Source: an uncultured archaeon
Lineage (GTDB): Archaea > Iainarchaeota > Iainarchaeia > Iainarchaeales > 1-14-0-10-31-34
Length of the DNA stretch: 64,000 nt
Reading direction: 5' to 3'
Assembly: GCA_964608675.1 (NCBI GenBank)
Contig: CAZSOZ010000002.1
Span: forward strand, 203,013 to 267,012
Part shown: piece by piece, positions 49,757 to 60,081 of the stretch
Layout of the letters: each line of letters begins with the position of its first letter
How positions within the stretch are numbered: position 1 is the first letter of the stretch
Notes under the pieces: model-generated
The model's input: the letters and a program-made list of their open reading frames with translations, nothing else
Told to the model about the DNA's origin: nothing
Databases searched by the model: none
Program-made: the position numbers and the translations under genes

Positions 49757-50397
49757 CGAATGTCAATTAAAGGCATGAAAATAAACTGCTTTTTTTTGTT
49801 TACGCCCAACAATAAAATATTGGTTGGCATAATGCTTATTTCATTAAAAAGCTGGATTGCTGCACTTTCAAGTTGTTCTTTGTTTACGCCGTGCTTTTTG
49901 CTTAATTTTCTGAAAAACCTTGTTCCTTTTATTGTGGTTGAAGACAGAACAACTCCTTTAGAATCAAAATATTTAATATGGCCTAAAATTTCATTAACTG
50001 AAGGCTTGTTTGTTTTAGCCATTGCAACCAAACCGTTTCCAATATCATATGCAATCGGTTCACGAAGAACAAAACTTTCATTTCTTTTTTTTTGCTGTTT
50101 TATTTTTTTATTGTAATTTTTTACTCTGGATTGTATTTCTTTTAATTCTGTGTGTGTTGCTGTTCTGTCATTATGCGTTCTCTTTACAACCAATTTTACT
50201 TCAGGATAATTTCTTGAAACATTCATCTGCCTTATTCTTCTGCCCCACTCAAAAGTATTTTCAGACATTATTTTTTTTCTGCTGAAATCATTTTTTCTGT
50301 AATCAACATTCTTCATTTTTCCAAGAAAGCGGACAATAACACTTGAAACTTTTTTCAAGCGAAAAACCAATGATTTAGGCAAAGGCTTAACAGGCAT
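49753..50397 (-). CDS. Basic hypothetical protein, MPVKPLPK family (paralog of 54643..55251)
   Basis: Shared blocks RQMNVSRNYP, PIAY, VAM.KTNKP, NILLLG.NK..F.FMPL.D. Confidence 0.75.
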   Translation of the reverse strand: MPVKPLPKSLVFRLKKVSSVIVRFLGKMKNVDYRKNDFSRKKIMSENTFEWGRRIRQMNVSRNYPEVKLVVKRTHNDRTATHTELKEIQSRVKNYNKKIKQQKKRNESFVLREPIAYDIGNGLVAMAKTNKPSVNEILGHIKYFDSKGVVLSSTTIKGTRFFRKLSKKHGVNKEQLESAAIQLFNEISIMPTNILLLGVNKKKQFIFMPLIDIR

Positions 50398-50428
50398 AAA
50401 AAAAATAGAAACTTCTTTCTTTAAATAG

Positions 50429-51517
50429 TTATTTAATGAATTTCCACTGCTTTTTTCGCTTTTTTGCACGCTCAAGTTTTTTCTGGAAATCTTTTTGAAA
50501 AGAAATCATTAAATTGCATGCATTCTGTTTATCTTCTTTGCATAACAGTTTTCCTGCTTTGCAGTCATCATAAATTTTCTGCAGTTTTTTGTTGTCTTCA
50601 ATTAAATGTTGTTTGTATAATTCAAAAACCATGCATTTTTCTGGAATGCCTCCAAGCTTTTTTTGTTCTTCAATTGTATTTCTTCCTCCAGTTAAAGCTT
50701 TAAGCATTTTTTTTCCTGCCTGTTCAGGGTTTTCAGGAATAGAAATAAAAGAATCAGGAGAAGACTTTGACATTTTTGTTTCTCCCTGCAGAGAAGGAAC
50801 AAACTTATGATAAGTAGCAGAAGGCAGAAAAAAATTGAATTCTTTTTTTGTTCTCCTTACAATGTCCCTTGTCAAACGAATATGAGGACTCTGGTCTATT
50901 CCGACTGGAATCACTCCAGGCATTCTTTCCTCTAACTGAGGAAACAAAATATCTCCTGCCTGAGTTAAAGTTGAAAGAATTCTTGAAGGATGAATATTTC
51001 CATAAATGCTTCTGAATTCATTCAAAGTAATTTTTTGGGAAAACAAATAAGTTAAATTTTTTACTTCAGTGTTTTCTGACTGAAAATAAAAAAAAGTTTT
51101 TTTTGGATCTAAACCCAAAGCAATATATGCAGGAATATAAAAATTTAAAGCTCTTTCTCTTGCTTCCTTTAAAGAAATTCCCCGTGTAGCAGCAGACTCC
51201 AGGTCTGCAATCAAAACAAAAGTTTTTGCTTTTTGTTTCTGAAAATATTTAACCATTTCAATAACAGATTTGGTTCCAAAATGAATTCTTTCAGAAGAAG
51301 GCATTATTCCGGTAAGACAATAAAACGATTTTTTTTCTTGAATTGCTTTAGATAATTCATTCAAACCCTGTCCTGCAAAAACAATTTTTCTTTGCATTAA
51401 ATGATTTGGTTCAGGAAAATACTTCAAAAAAGAATCCATTGGCTCCAAACCAAAATCCTTAATTAATCTGGAATAATCTTCAATTAAATGAGTACTCCAA
51501 GGATCAATTTTATTCAT
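50429..51517 (-). CDS. trpS: Tryptophan--tRNA ligase (archaeal type)
   Basis: TGIMPSSERIHFG, QAGDIL, PVGIDQSPH, KMSKS, ALTGGR. Confidence 0.94.
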   Translation of the reverse strand: MNKIDPWSTHLIEDYSRLIKDFGLEPMDSFLKYFPEPNHLMQRKIVFAGQGLNELSKAIQEKKSFYCLTGIMPSSERIHFGTKSVIEMVKYFQKQKAKTFVLIADLESAATRGISLKEARERALNFYIPAYIALGLDPKKTFFYFQSENTEVKNLTYLFSQKITLNEFRSIYGNIHPSRILSTLTQAGDILFPQLEERMPGVIPVGIDQSPHIRLTRDIVRRTKKEFNFFLPSATYHKFVPSLQGETKMSKSSPDSFISIPENPEQAGKKMLKALTGGRNTIEEQKKLGGIPEKCMVFELYKQHLIEDNKKLQKIYDDCKAGKLLCKEDKQNACNLMISFQKDFQKKLERAKKRKKQWKFIK

Positions 51518-51646
51518 GATAAAAATATGCCGGAATAATATAATAATCTTTTCATTTTAGGAAAAACAGTTAATTCAACCAAAAAAAAAGATTAAAATAA
51601 TATATAATCTTTTTCTTTCAATAAATGAATACAAAAAGAGGATTTT

Positions 51647-52165
51647 ATGGCAGTAAAAAATTTGCTTTTAGCAGACAAAATTTTAGTTAAAAAAAACAAA
51701 GACAAAAGTTTGTTCAGCCAGAAATCATTTGGAGAAAAAAACAAGCTTGATTATGTATTGGATTTAATTGAAGGCTATTATTTAATGGAAAAAGGAAAAC
51801 TTGAAATAGAAGACAAAAAAGGAAAAAAAATTGAATCAGAAGAACTATTAAAAAAAAGCCAGAAAAAAATCAAGGATTTTTACAAAAAATTTTTGGTTTA
51901 CCAGGATTTAAGAGACAGAGGATATGTAATTAAAACCGGATTCAAGTTTGGATTTGATTTAAGAGTTTATCCGAAAGGAAAAAAACCCGGAGAAGAACAC
52001 ACTCAATGGGTTATTGCAGTCAAAGGACAAAATGACAGAATTAATTTTATTGAATTAAGCAGAAAAGTAAGGTTAAGCGGAAACATTAAAACAAAATTAA
52101 TGTTTGCAGTAGTTGATTCAGAAAATGACATTAACTATTATGAATGCGTCAGGATAACTCCTTGA
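51647..52165 (+). CDS. endA: tRNA-intron endonuclease
   Basis: LDLIEGYYL, VYQDLRDRGY..KTGFKFGFDLRVY, EEH, catalytic Y/H/K. Confidence 0.92.
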   Translation: MAVKNLLLADKILVKKNKDKSLFSQKSFGEKNKLDYVLDLIEGYYLMEKGKLEIEDKKGKKIESEELLKKSQKKIKDFYKKFLVYQDLRDRGYVIKTGFKFGFDLRVYPKGKKPGEEHTQWVIAVKGQNDRINFIELSRKVRLSGNIKTKLMFAVVDSENDINYYECVRITP

Positions 52166-52204
52166 GTTTTAAAAAAAGGAAGAAATTGAAAAAATTGATT
52201 AAAA

Positions 52205-52330
52205 ATGAATTCTCCTGAAAAAAAGAAAGGGCCTCCCTTCAAGAAAAAAAAGAAAAAGAAAATCAAGATTCCAAAAGAAGATATTCAGCAATTGCCTTCA
52301 GAAAAAGAATACGGTGACAAATACCATTAA
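52205..52330 (+). CDS. Possible small Lys/Pro-rich ORF
   Basis: MNSPEKKKGPPFKKKKKKKIKIPKEDIQQLPSEKEYGDKYH*; short and unverified. Confidence 0.3.
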   Translation: MNSPEKKKGPPFKKKKKKKIKIPKEDIQQLPSEKEYGDKYH

Positions 52331-52598
52331 AAAAATGTCAAAAAAAAAGCAGGGGAAATCAGGAAGCATCCGGCTCAAAGACTGCCAGAGAAATTTCAAA
52401 AGAAAAATCTTTTATCTGCTTCCTGAAAAGCGAGAAATCTGAACTAATTGATTTCATTTCAACCTCAAAGATTACTTTACAGCAAAACTTAAAGTTTTGG
52501 AAACCCCTTGATGCCGGTGAAACAAAATTGCATGGGATTTAAAAACTTTTTTTGAGAACAAATAGTAAAAACCAAAACTGTTTTGGGGGGAAAAATAA

Positions 52599-54617
52599 AT
52601 GGAATTAGTTTTTTATTCAATTATTGCAGGCTTAATTGCATTGCTTTATACGGTTTTATTAAACAATAAAATTTCTTCAAAAGAAACCGGAAACCAGAAA
52701 ATGAAGGAAATCAGTTCAGCTATAAGAGAAGGAGCAATGGCTTTCCTTAAAAAAGAATACAAACTGCTGGCAATATTTATTGCAGTTGTATTTGTTATTC
52801 TCACTATTTTAAGCCAGATTTATCCAACAGCAATGAGTATTTTTGTAGGAGTATCTTTTATTGCAGGAGCATTATGTTCTGGTTTAGCTGGCTGGTTGGG
52901 GATGAATACAGCAACAAAAAGCAATGTGAGAACCACACAAGCAGCAACAACTTCAATGTCTGAAGCACTAAAAATAGCTTTTTCTTCCGGAGCAGTAATG
53001 GGATTAAGTGTAGTAGGACTGGGAATTCTTGGAATAAGTTTATTGTATTACATTTACGGAAACATAATGGGTTTTCCTGACCCAACTGTTTTATTGTTTG
53101 GATTCAGTTTTGGGGCATCAAGCATTGCATTGTTTGCAAGAGTAGGAGGAGGAATTTACACTAAAGCAGCAGATGTAGGAGCAGATTTAGTCGGCAAAAT
53201 AGAAGCCGGAATTCCAGAAGATGACCCAAGAAACCCTGCAGTAATAGCAGACAATGTCGGAGACAATGTAGGAGACGTTGCAGGAATGGGAGCAGACTTA
53301 TTTGAAAGTTATGTTGGAAGCATTATTGCTTCAATGGCTTTAGGATTAATTGCATTCAATTTAATTGGAATGGAATTTCCTTTGGTTTTAGCATCAATAG
53401 GAATTATTGCATCAATTTTAGGAATAATTTACGTTAATTTAATGAGTACAGAAAAAGGAGTTCATTCAGCTTTAAGAAACGGCACACTTGTTGCAGCAGG
53501 AATAATGGTTGTATTAACTTTTATTGCATTAAATTATATTCCTGTGTTTTCAGGAATTCCAATTGAAGTATTTTATGCAATGGTTACAGGATTAATTGCA
53601 GGACTTTTAATAGGATTTTTAACTGAATATTATACTGCACATGAATACAAGCCGACAAAAACAGTAAGCAAAGCCAGTGAAACAGGAGCAGGAACAAACA
53701 TTATAGCAGGACTGGCATTAGGATACAAATCAACAGCACTTCCGGTACTTGTATTAGGAATAGGAATTTATTTGGCTTACTATTTTGCAGGCTTATACGG
53801 AATAGGAATTGCCGCAGTAGGAATGCTTTCAACTTTAGGAATTACTTTAGCAGTAGATGCATACGGACCTGTAGCAGACAACGCAGGAGGAATAGCAGAA
53901 ATGGCAGGACTAGGAAAACCAGTAAGAGACATAACTGATTCCCTGGATGCAGCAGGAAACACAACAGCAGCAATAGGAAAAGGATTTGCAATAGGTTCAG
54001 CTGCATTAACTGCATTGGCTTTCTTTGCAACTTACGGACAAACAATAGGACTGCAATCAATTGACATTCTTGAAACAAACGTAATGGTAGGATTATTGTT
54101 TGGAGCAATGCTTCCATTTTTGTTCAGTTCATTTGCAATGACAGCAGTAGGAGAAGCAGCACAAGAAATGGTTGAAGAAGTAAGAAGGCAGTTCAGAGAA
54201 ATAAAAGGATTAATGCAGGGAAAAGGAAAACCAGACTACAAAACCTGCGTTGAAATTTCAACTTCAGCTGCAATGAAAAAAATGGTTGTTCCTGGTTTGC
54301 TTGCAGTGCTTGCTCCAATTATAGCAGGATTAATTTTAGGCCCTGAAGGATTAGGCGGACTGCTTGCAGGAGCTCTGGCATCAGGAATAATGATGGCAGT
54401 AATGATGGCAAACGCAGGAGGAAGCTGGGATAATGCCAAAAAGTATATTGAATTAGGAAATTTTGGAGGAAAAGGAAGCCAAGCACACAAAGCAGCAGTC
54501 ACAGGCGACACCGTAGGAGATCCATTCAAAGACACTGCAGGACCTTCACTGAATATCCTGATAAAATTAATGAGTATTGTATCATTAATTTTTGCTTCAA
54601 TTTTAGTGGTTTTATAA
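52599..54617 (+). CDS. hppA: Membrane-bound Na+/H+-translocating pyrophosphatase, K+-dependent type
   Basis: [34 protein letters not shown] (Ala marks K+-dependent), [10 protein letters not shown]. Confidence 0.95.
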   Translation: MELVFYSIIAGLIALLYTVLLNNKISSKETGNQKMKEISSAIREGAMAFLKKEYKLLAIFIAVVFVILTILSQIYPTAMSIFVGVSFIAGALCSGLAGWLGMNTATKSNVRTTQAATTSMSEALKIAFSSGAVMGLSVVGLGILGISLLYYIYGNIMGFPDPTVLLFGFSFGASSIALFARVGGGIYTKAADVGADLVGKIEAGIPEDDPRNPAVIADNVGDNVGDVAGMGADLFESYVGSIIASMALGLIAFNLIGMEFPLVLASIGIIASILGIIYVNLMSTEKGVHSALRNGTLVAAGIMVVLTFIALNYIPVFSGIPIEVFYAMVTGLIAGLLIGFLTEYYTAHEYKPTKTVSKASETGAGTNIIAGLALGYKSTALPVLVLGIGIYLAYYFAGLYGIGIAAVGMLSTLGITLAVDAYGPVADNAGGIAEMAGLGKPVRDITDSLDAAGNTTAAIGKGFAIGSAALTALAFFATYGQTIGLQSIDILETNVMVGLLFGAMLPFLFSSFAMTAVGEAAQEMVEEVRRQFREIKGLMQGKGKPDYKTCVEISTSAAMKKMVVPGLLAVLAPIIAGLILGPEGLGGLLAGALASGIMMAVMMANAGGSWDNAKKYIELGNFGGKGSQAHKAAVTGDTVGDPFKDTAGPSLNILIKLMSIVSLIFASILVVL

Positions 54618-54642
54618 ACCCCTTATTCTCTTTTTTTTTTAT

Positions 54643-55251
54643 TCAATAAACATCCACTAAAGGCATAAAAACAAATTTTCCTTGTTTATTGATTCCTAAA
54701 AGAAGAATATTGCAGTGATCTAATTTAGTTAAAGAACTTGCTTTTCTGGCAGATTTTTCTAATTCCTGCAAAGTAATTTTATGCTTTTTTTTAAGTTCTT
54801 TAAAAAAATTTTTTCCTCTGCGGGTTCCCCCATATTTAAGCGGACTCAAAATTTCAGTTAAATTAGGTTTATTTGTTTTAGACATTGCAACAAAATCTTG
54901 ACCTAAACTATAAGCAATAGGCATTTTTAATTCATAATTTAGTTTGCCTGCATTTTTTCTTTTATTGTGGTTTCTTACTCTCTGCCTTAATTTATTTAAG
55001 TCATCAGAATAGTGCATTTTTTTAATTACAACCCCTAATTTAGGATAATTTCTTGAAACATTCATTTGCCTTACTCTACTGTATTCCAAACCATTGCCAT
55101 ACTGTTCAACAAGCCATTTTTTTCTGTGGTCAATGTTTTTCATTTTCTCCAAAGAAGAAACAAGATCATTAATGCCGTGGACTTTATTTCTTTTCTTTAA
55201 AATCCTGCGCAGTCTTAAAATCAATGTTTTCGGCAAAGGTTTAACAGGCAT
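54643..55251 (-). CDS. Basic hypothetical protein, MPVKPLPK family (paralog of 49753..50397)
   Basis: Same conserved blocks; TTTAAATA box about 25 nt upstream of ATG. Confidence 0.75.
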   Translation of the reverse strand: MPVKPLPKTLILRLRRILKKRNKVHGINDLVSSLEKMKNIDHRKKWLVEQYGNGLEYSRVRQMNVSRNYPKLGVVIKKMHYSDDLNKLRQRVRNHNKRKNAGKLNYELKMPIAYSLGQDFVAMSKTNKPNLTEILSPLKYGGTRRGKNFFKELKKKHKITLQELEKSARKASSLTKLDHCNILLLGINKQGKFVFMPLVDVY

Positions 55252-55324
55252 AAAAAAAAAAGGAATTAGATATTTAAAAACGTTTGCAAATAAAAAAAAA
55301 TAAAAAAAAAAGAAAAAGGAAACC

Positions 55325-55501
55325 TTAAAGGTCATGTGGTTTTAAGGTTTTTCTTCCGTTATCAGAGCATCTTTTTACTGCTTCATCAATCATACATTGA
55401 ACGCTTGCATTCAAAGCATTATAGGTATCAGAACCCATCTGCATATTCTTTGATTTAACGTAATCTCCGATTTTGCTTCTAACAATCATCATGTCAGCCA
55501 T
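55325..55501 (-). CDS. Small prokaryotic histone, truncated-alpha3 (face-to-face/DUF1931-like) class (not in ORF track)
   Basis: MADMMIVRSKIGDYVKSKNMQMGSDTYNALNASVQCMIDEAVKRCSDNGRKTLKPHDL*; IVxSK start and R-K-T-x-x-x-x-D end; GGGGGG SD-like. Confidence 0.85.
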   Translation of the reverse strand: MADMMIVRSKIGDYVKSKNMQMGSDTYNALNASVQCMIDEAVKRCSDNGRKTLKPHDL

Positions 55502-55678
55502 AAACTATTACCCCCCAAAAAATACTAAAAAAGCAATAAAACTCATGCTTTTTCAAATTAAATAGAAAAAAAAGATATATAAAGCTAGCAGTTAAAAACC
55601 CTAAAAAAACCAAAAAAAGAGGAAAAAAAGAAGGGAAAAGCTTTTTTTTGAAAAAAAAAACAAATTAATTATGTATAC

Positions 55679-56596
55679 TTAATTGTGTGTTTTTCCTATT
55701 ATTTCACTTAATTTTGAATAATTGTTTTGGGTCATCCATTCCTCTATTTCTTTTACTATTTCAAAAAAACACTGTTTTCCTCTGGTATAAGTAATGCTTC
55801 CTATTCCTACTGCAGAAGCTCCTGCCATCATTAATTCAACTGCGTCTTTTCCGTTTGAAACTCCTCCAATTCCGAGAATTGGAATTTCAACTGATGAATA
55901 AATGTCATAAACGCATCTGACTGCAACAGGCTTGATTGCAGGACCTGTATAACCTCCTTTCTTGAATGAAAGCAAAGGTTTTCCTGTCTTTAAATCTAAT
56001 TTCATTCCAGGACCAACTGAATTAATTGCAGTGATTGCATCAGCTCCTGCTTCCTGACAAGCTTTTGCCACTCCTCCAATATCATTTGCCTGAGGAGTAA
56101 GTTTTGGTATTACAGGAATTTTATTTGAAACATTTTTTACTTTTTCAACAATCTTTGAAGCAGTTTTTGGGTCACAACCAAAGAGCATGCCAAATTTTTC
56201 TACATTAGGACAGGAAACATTCAATTCAATTATTTCAGGTTTTTTTCCTGCAACAAATTCTGCTACTTCAGCAAACTCATTTATAGTTGTGCCGTAAATG
56301 CTTGCAATCAAAGGAAAATTTCTTTTCTGCATTTTTTCCCAGAATTCATTCATGTTTTTGTATCCTGAAGTAGGAAGCCCCACTGCATTCAAAAAACCGT
56401 ATTCGGTTTTTGCAATAATCGGATGCGGATGGCCTTGTTTTGGTTTCGGTCCAATGCTTTTCAAAGTTATTGCGCCTGCACCATAATCATAAATTTCCTG
56501 CATTTCCTCAAATTTTTCTCCATAAAAACCTGAAGGCAAAACAGTTGGATTACGAAAATCAAATACTTTGTTTTTTACTTTTAAATCTGGTTTCAT
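55679..56596 (-). CDS. pyrD: Dihydroorotate dehydrogenase family 1
   Basis: NAVGLP, ELNVSCPN, KLTP, AINS, GGYTGPAIKP, GIGG. Confidence 0.93.
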   Translation of the reverse strand: MKPDLKVKNKVFDFRNPTVLPSGFYGEKFEEMQEIYDYGAGAITLKSIGPKPKQGHPHPIIAKTEYGFLNAVGLPTSGYKNMNEFWEKMQKRNFPLIASIYGTTINEFAEVAEFVAGKKPEIIELNVSCPNVEKFGMLFGCDPKTASKIVEKVKNVSNKIPVIPKLTPQANDIGGVAKACQEAGADAITAINSVGPGMKLDLKTGKPLLSFKKGGYTGPAIKPVAVRCVYDIYSSVEIPILGIGGVSNGKDAVELMMAGASAVGIGSITYTRGKQCFFEIVKEIEEWMTQNNYSKLSEIIGKTHN

Positions 56597-56623
56597 CCTG
56601 ATTAAATGAAATCCAAAAAGCTT

Positions 56624-57778
56624 TTATTTTGAGTTATTGTCTTTGACTGCCAGCAATAAAAGCAATGAAATAAGAGTAGTTATTATTCCAAAATAAAAAG
56701 TGTATTCCTGTGAAATATCCCATAAATAGCCTGCAATTAATCCGCCCGGCAAAGCAGAAAAAGCAATTGAAAAATGATAAAATCCAAGCGAAGTGCCTTT
56801 ATATTCTTCTGAAGAAATATTTGAAACAAACGCTCTCTGCATTGAATTGCTTAAAGCATAAACTATTCCAAAAGCAATGAATAATAACACAAGAGAAAAA
56901 ATGCTTTGAAGGAAAATAAACCCAAAATTTGTAAGAACATACAAAATGTATGCAGACACTAAAAGTTTTTTTTGGCCTATTGAATCAGATAATTTTCCTG
57001 CAGGAAAAGAAATCAAAGAAGAAGCAATCTGAAAAACCGTGTATAAAACTATTGGCATTGCAATTGCTAATTCAATTGGAAAAGCATTCTGGCTTCTTAA
57101 AACAAAAAACATGTAGCCAAAATTTCCTAAAGCAAAAACAGCAGAAGAAAAAACAAGCATTTTTAATGGATTTGAAAGGCTTGAAAGACCTTTCTTAAAA
57201 CTAATTTTTTTTGGTGTTTCATCTGCTTCCTTTACAAAAATAAATGGAATAATTGAAAAAAACGCAAGAATTCCTGCGGCAAGAAAAATTTCCTGAAAAC
57301 TTAAACCTAAATAAAAAAACAAAAACAATGCAATCAAAGAACCTAAAACTGCGCCACCGGAATCAAAAGCGCGATGAAAACCAAAACCTGAACCTTTTTT
57401 TCCTTTTTCAGATGCCTTTGAAATCAAAACATCAACCGGCGCAGAACGAATTCCTTTTCCAAGCCTTTCTCCTGAACGAAAAACTAAAACATGCTGCCAG
57501 ATTGAAGCAAAAGCAAACATTAATTTAAAGAAAGCAGAAACAAAATACCCTGAAGCCGCAAGAAGCCTTTTGTGTTTTATTTTGTCTGCAATATAACCTG
57601 AAGCCAGCTTCATTACACTTACAATACTCTGGCTTAAACCTGAAATTAAGCCGACTGCAAGCCCTGTTCCTCCTAAAGACACAATAAAAAAAGGCATTAA
57701 AGGAAGAATTATTTTGCTTGAAATATCATTAATAAAAGAAACAATAGACAAAACCAGAATATTTTTTGGAATCTTCAT
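56624..57778 (-). CDS. MFS transporter
   Basis: SFINDISS, ERLGKGIRSAP.D, GFHRAFDSGGA, GKLSDSIG; about 12 TM. Confidence 0.9.
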   Translation of the reverse strand: MKIPKNILVLSIVSFINDISSKIILPLMPFFIVSLGGTGLAVGLISGLSQSIVSVMKLASGYIADKIKHKRLLAASGYFVSAFFKLMFAFASIWQHVLVFRSGERLGKGIRSAPVDVLISKASEKGKKGSGFGFHRAFDSGGAVLGSLIALFLFFYLGLSFQEIFLAAGILAFFSIIPFIFVKEADETPKKISFKKGLSSLSNPLKMLVFSSAVFALGNFGYMFFVLRSQNAFPIELAIAMPIVLYTVFQIASSLISFPAGKLSDSIGQKKLLVSAYILYVLTNFGFIFLQSIFSLVLLFIAFGIVYALSNSMQRAFVSNISSEEYKGTSLGFYHFSIAFSALPGGLIAGYLWDISQEYTFYFGIITTLISLLLLLAVKDNNSK

Positions 57779-57844
57779 AAAAATAATTTAAATAAAAAAG
57801 CTTTTATAGTAAAAAGCCGTTTGTTTTCTCAGGTGAAAAAAAAA

Positions 57845-58459
57845 ATGAAATTAAATAATTTAAAGCTTCATTTATTTGGATTAATTGTTTTGCTGGCAGT
57901 AATCCTGATTTATTTTATAAGTGATTCAAACAAAGGAATTGCAGAATACACTCTTTTCATAAGAATTTTTGGTTTTGCCGGAATAATTTTTCTTTCATTA
58001 AGTTTTTTGTTAGGGCCTTTAAGAAGTTTTGTTCCTTCTACAGCAAAATACTTGAAATACAGAAAAGATTTAGGGTTGTGGGGAGCTTATTTAATAATAA
58101 TTCACGCTGTTATTGCTTTGCATCTTCATTATGAATGGAATTTTTCTGCTTTCCTGAATTTCGATGACCCTTTTGGATTTCCTTTTACTATGGCAGTAAT
58201 TTCATTCATCATATTTATTGCAATGACTTTAACTTCAAACACTGAATCAATGCAGAAACTGGGATTAAGAAAATGGAAATGCCTGCACAGAATAGGCTAC
58301 ATTGCATTATTTTTAGGAATCCTTCACGCATTATATATTCCTTCAAGTGTTTTCTTTTCAACGAGGCATGGAATGTTTTTAGTTTTCCTTATAGTGATTG
58401 CATTGCTGTTAAAAGCAGTTTCAGTCATTAAAGACATTAAAAAACACCCAGTGTGCTAA
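57845..58459 (+). CDS. Ferric reductase-like heme-b membrane protein (MsrQ/YedZ-like)
   Basis: YRKDLGL..YLIIIH, LTSN, WKCLHRIGY, LH. Confidence 0.8.
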   Translation: MKLNNLKLHLFGLIVLLAVILIYFISDSNKGIAEYTLFIRIFGFAGIIFLSLSFLLGPLRSFVPSTAKYLKYRKDLGLWGAYLIIIHAVIALHLHYEWNFSAFLNFDDPFGFPFTMAVISFIIFIAMTLTSNTESMQKLGLRKWKCLHRIGYIALFLGILHALYIPSSVFFSTRHGMFLVFLIVIALLLKAVSVIKDIKKHPVC

Positions 58460-58471
58460 AAATGAACTAAA

Positions 58472-58972
58472 ATGAAAAAAAAAGTCACCGTAAACGATTT
58501 AATGCAAAAAAACTACACTTATTTTTTAAGTAAACCAAAAGGAAAAAGCTTTGATTCAGAATTCAAACCGGAATTAACTCCAAAAGAAATGCTTGAATTA
58601 GGAGTTTTTGGCGGAAAATACATGACTGACTGCAAAAAAGAATTTCCCAAATGGTTTAAAAAAGCAAAATTATGCCATGAAAAACATAAAGATGAATTAA
58701 ATTTTTTTGGAGTAAATGCTTCTCAACCGCTTTCAGTTTGGAAAAAAAAAGGATGGATTTACAAAGAAGATCCAAGAGGATGGTTTCAATGGTACTGCAG
58801 ATACTATAAAGGAAGAAGATGCAAAGACGACGGAAGACAAATAAAAAGATGGAAAGCAATCAAAAGGCATGCTTCTCAAATTAAAAAAAACTGCAAAAAA
58901 AAAGAATTAACCTGCAGAAAAAAACAAAGACAAGTGTTGCTTCATTGGGCATATGATTCAAGAAAAATTTAA
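58472..58972 (+). CDS. Conserved hypothetical protein (DPRGWFQWYCRY family)
   Basis: FKPELTPKEMLELGVFGGKY, NFFGVNAS, DPRGWFQWYCRYY, RQIKRW, RQVLLHWAYD. Confidence 0.75.
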   Translation: MKKKVTVNDLMQKNYTYFLSKPKGKSFDSEFKPELTPKEMLELGVFGGKYMTDCKKEFPKWFKKAKLCHEKHKDELNFFGVNASQPLSVWKKKGWIYKEDPRGWFQWYCRYYKGRRCKDDGRQIKRWKAIKRHASQIKKNCKKKELTCRKKQRQVLLHWAYDSRKI

Positions 58973-59049
58973 AGATGATTAAAAAAATAAAAGAATATTT
59001 AATTCTTTTCTAGGACAACTTTTTTCAGGAAAAATAAAAAGTGATTTAA

Positions 59050-60081
59050 ATGAAAATTGGAGTTTTAACCGGAGGAGGAGATTCCCCTGGATTGAATGCC
59101 TGCATCAGGGCAATCTATTACAGAGCAAAAGAATACAAATGGAAAACAATCGGAATAAGAGAAGGCTGGAAAGGATTAACCTCAGAAGGAAAAAGCCTTG
59201 AATTAACAGAAGAAGAAGTTGAAAGCATTTTTGACAAAGGAGGGACATTATTAGGTTCTTCTAGAACTAATCCATATAAAACAAAAGAAGGGCCAGAACA
59301 AGCGGTAAAAAGATTTAAGGATTATAAATTAGATGCAGTAATTGCAATTGGAGGAGAAGATACTTTAGGGGTAGCAGGAAAATTATACAAAGACTTTAAG
59401 ATTCCGGTTGTAGGAGTTCCAAAAACAATTGACCACGATATTGTGGGAACAGAATACACGATTGGATTTGACACAGCAGTAAATGTTGCAGCACAGACAA
59501 TCGACAGGCTTCACACAACAGCAAAATCACACGGAAAAGTTTTTGTAATAGAAATAATGGGAAGGCATGCAGGGTGGCTTACTCTGCGTTCAGGAATTGC
59601 CGGCGGAGCACACATAATTTTGATTCCTGAAAAACCTTATGACCTGAAAAAAGTTTGTGAAACCATTACAAAAAGAAAAAAAGAAGGAAAGCATACTTTG
59701 ATTGCAGTATCTGAAGGAGTAAAGCCTCCAAAAAAATTAAAAGAAAAAAAAGATGAATTTGGCCACATAGGATTAACTGACAGAGGGCTGGCATATGCAT
59801 TCAAAGAAATAATAGACAAACAATGCAGTACTGATTCAAGAGTAATGGTAACAGGATACATGCTTAGAGGAGGAAGCCCTACAGCTTACGACAGAATAAT
59901 GGCATCAAAAGTCGGAAGTGCGGCAATTGAATTCATTAAAGAAAAAAAATTCGGAAAAATGACTGCAGTAAAAGGCGGGGAAATAAAACCTTTTCCACTA
60001 AAAGAAGTAGTTGAAAAATACAGAACGGTTTCAGACCAGGAATACAAACTTCTTCAAAGCCTGTTTGAAGGAGACATTTAA
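59050..60081 (+). CDS. pfkA: PfkA-family 6-phosphofructokinase, probably PPi-dependent
   Basis: TGGGDSPGLN, GGTLLGSSR, GGEDT, PKTIDHD, MGRHAGW. Confidence 0.9.
   Translation: MKIGVLTGGGDSPGLNACIRAIYYRAKEYKWKTIGIREGWKGLTSEGKSLELTEEEVESIFDKGGTLLGSSRTNPYKTKEGPEQAVKRFKDYKLDAVIAIGGEDTLGVAGKLYKDFKIPVVGVPKTIDHDIVGTEYTIGFDTAVNVAAQTIDRLHTTAKSHGKVFVIEIMGRHAGWLTLRSGIAGGAHIILIPEKPYDLKKVCETITKRKKEGKHTLIAVSEGVKPPKKLKEKKDEFGHIGLTDRGLAYAFKEIIDKQCSTDSRVMVTGYMLRGGSPTAYDRIMASKVGSAAIEFIKEKKFGKMTAVKGGEIKPFPLKEVVEKYRTVSDQEYKLLQSLFEGDI

Noticed and set aside
52340-52540. RNase P RNA, SRP RNA or a known riboswitch
   Set aside because: The conserved GAGGAAAGUCC (RNase P) and complete SRP helix-8 motifs were not found, and I recognised no riboswitch consensus
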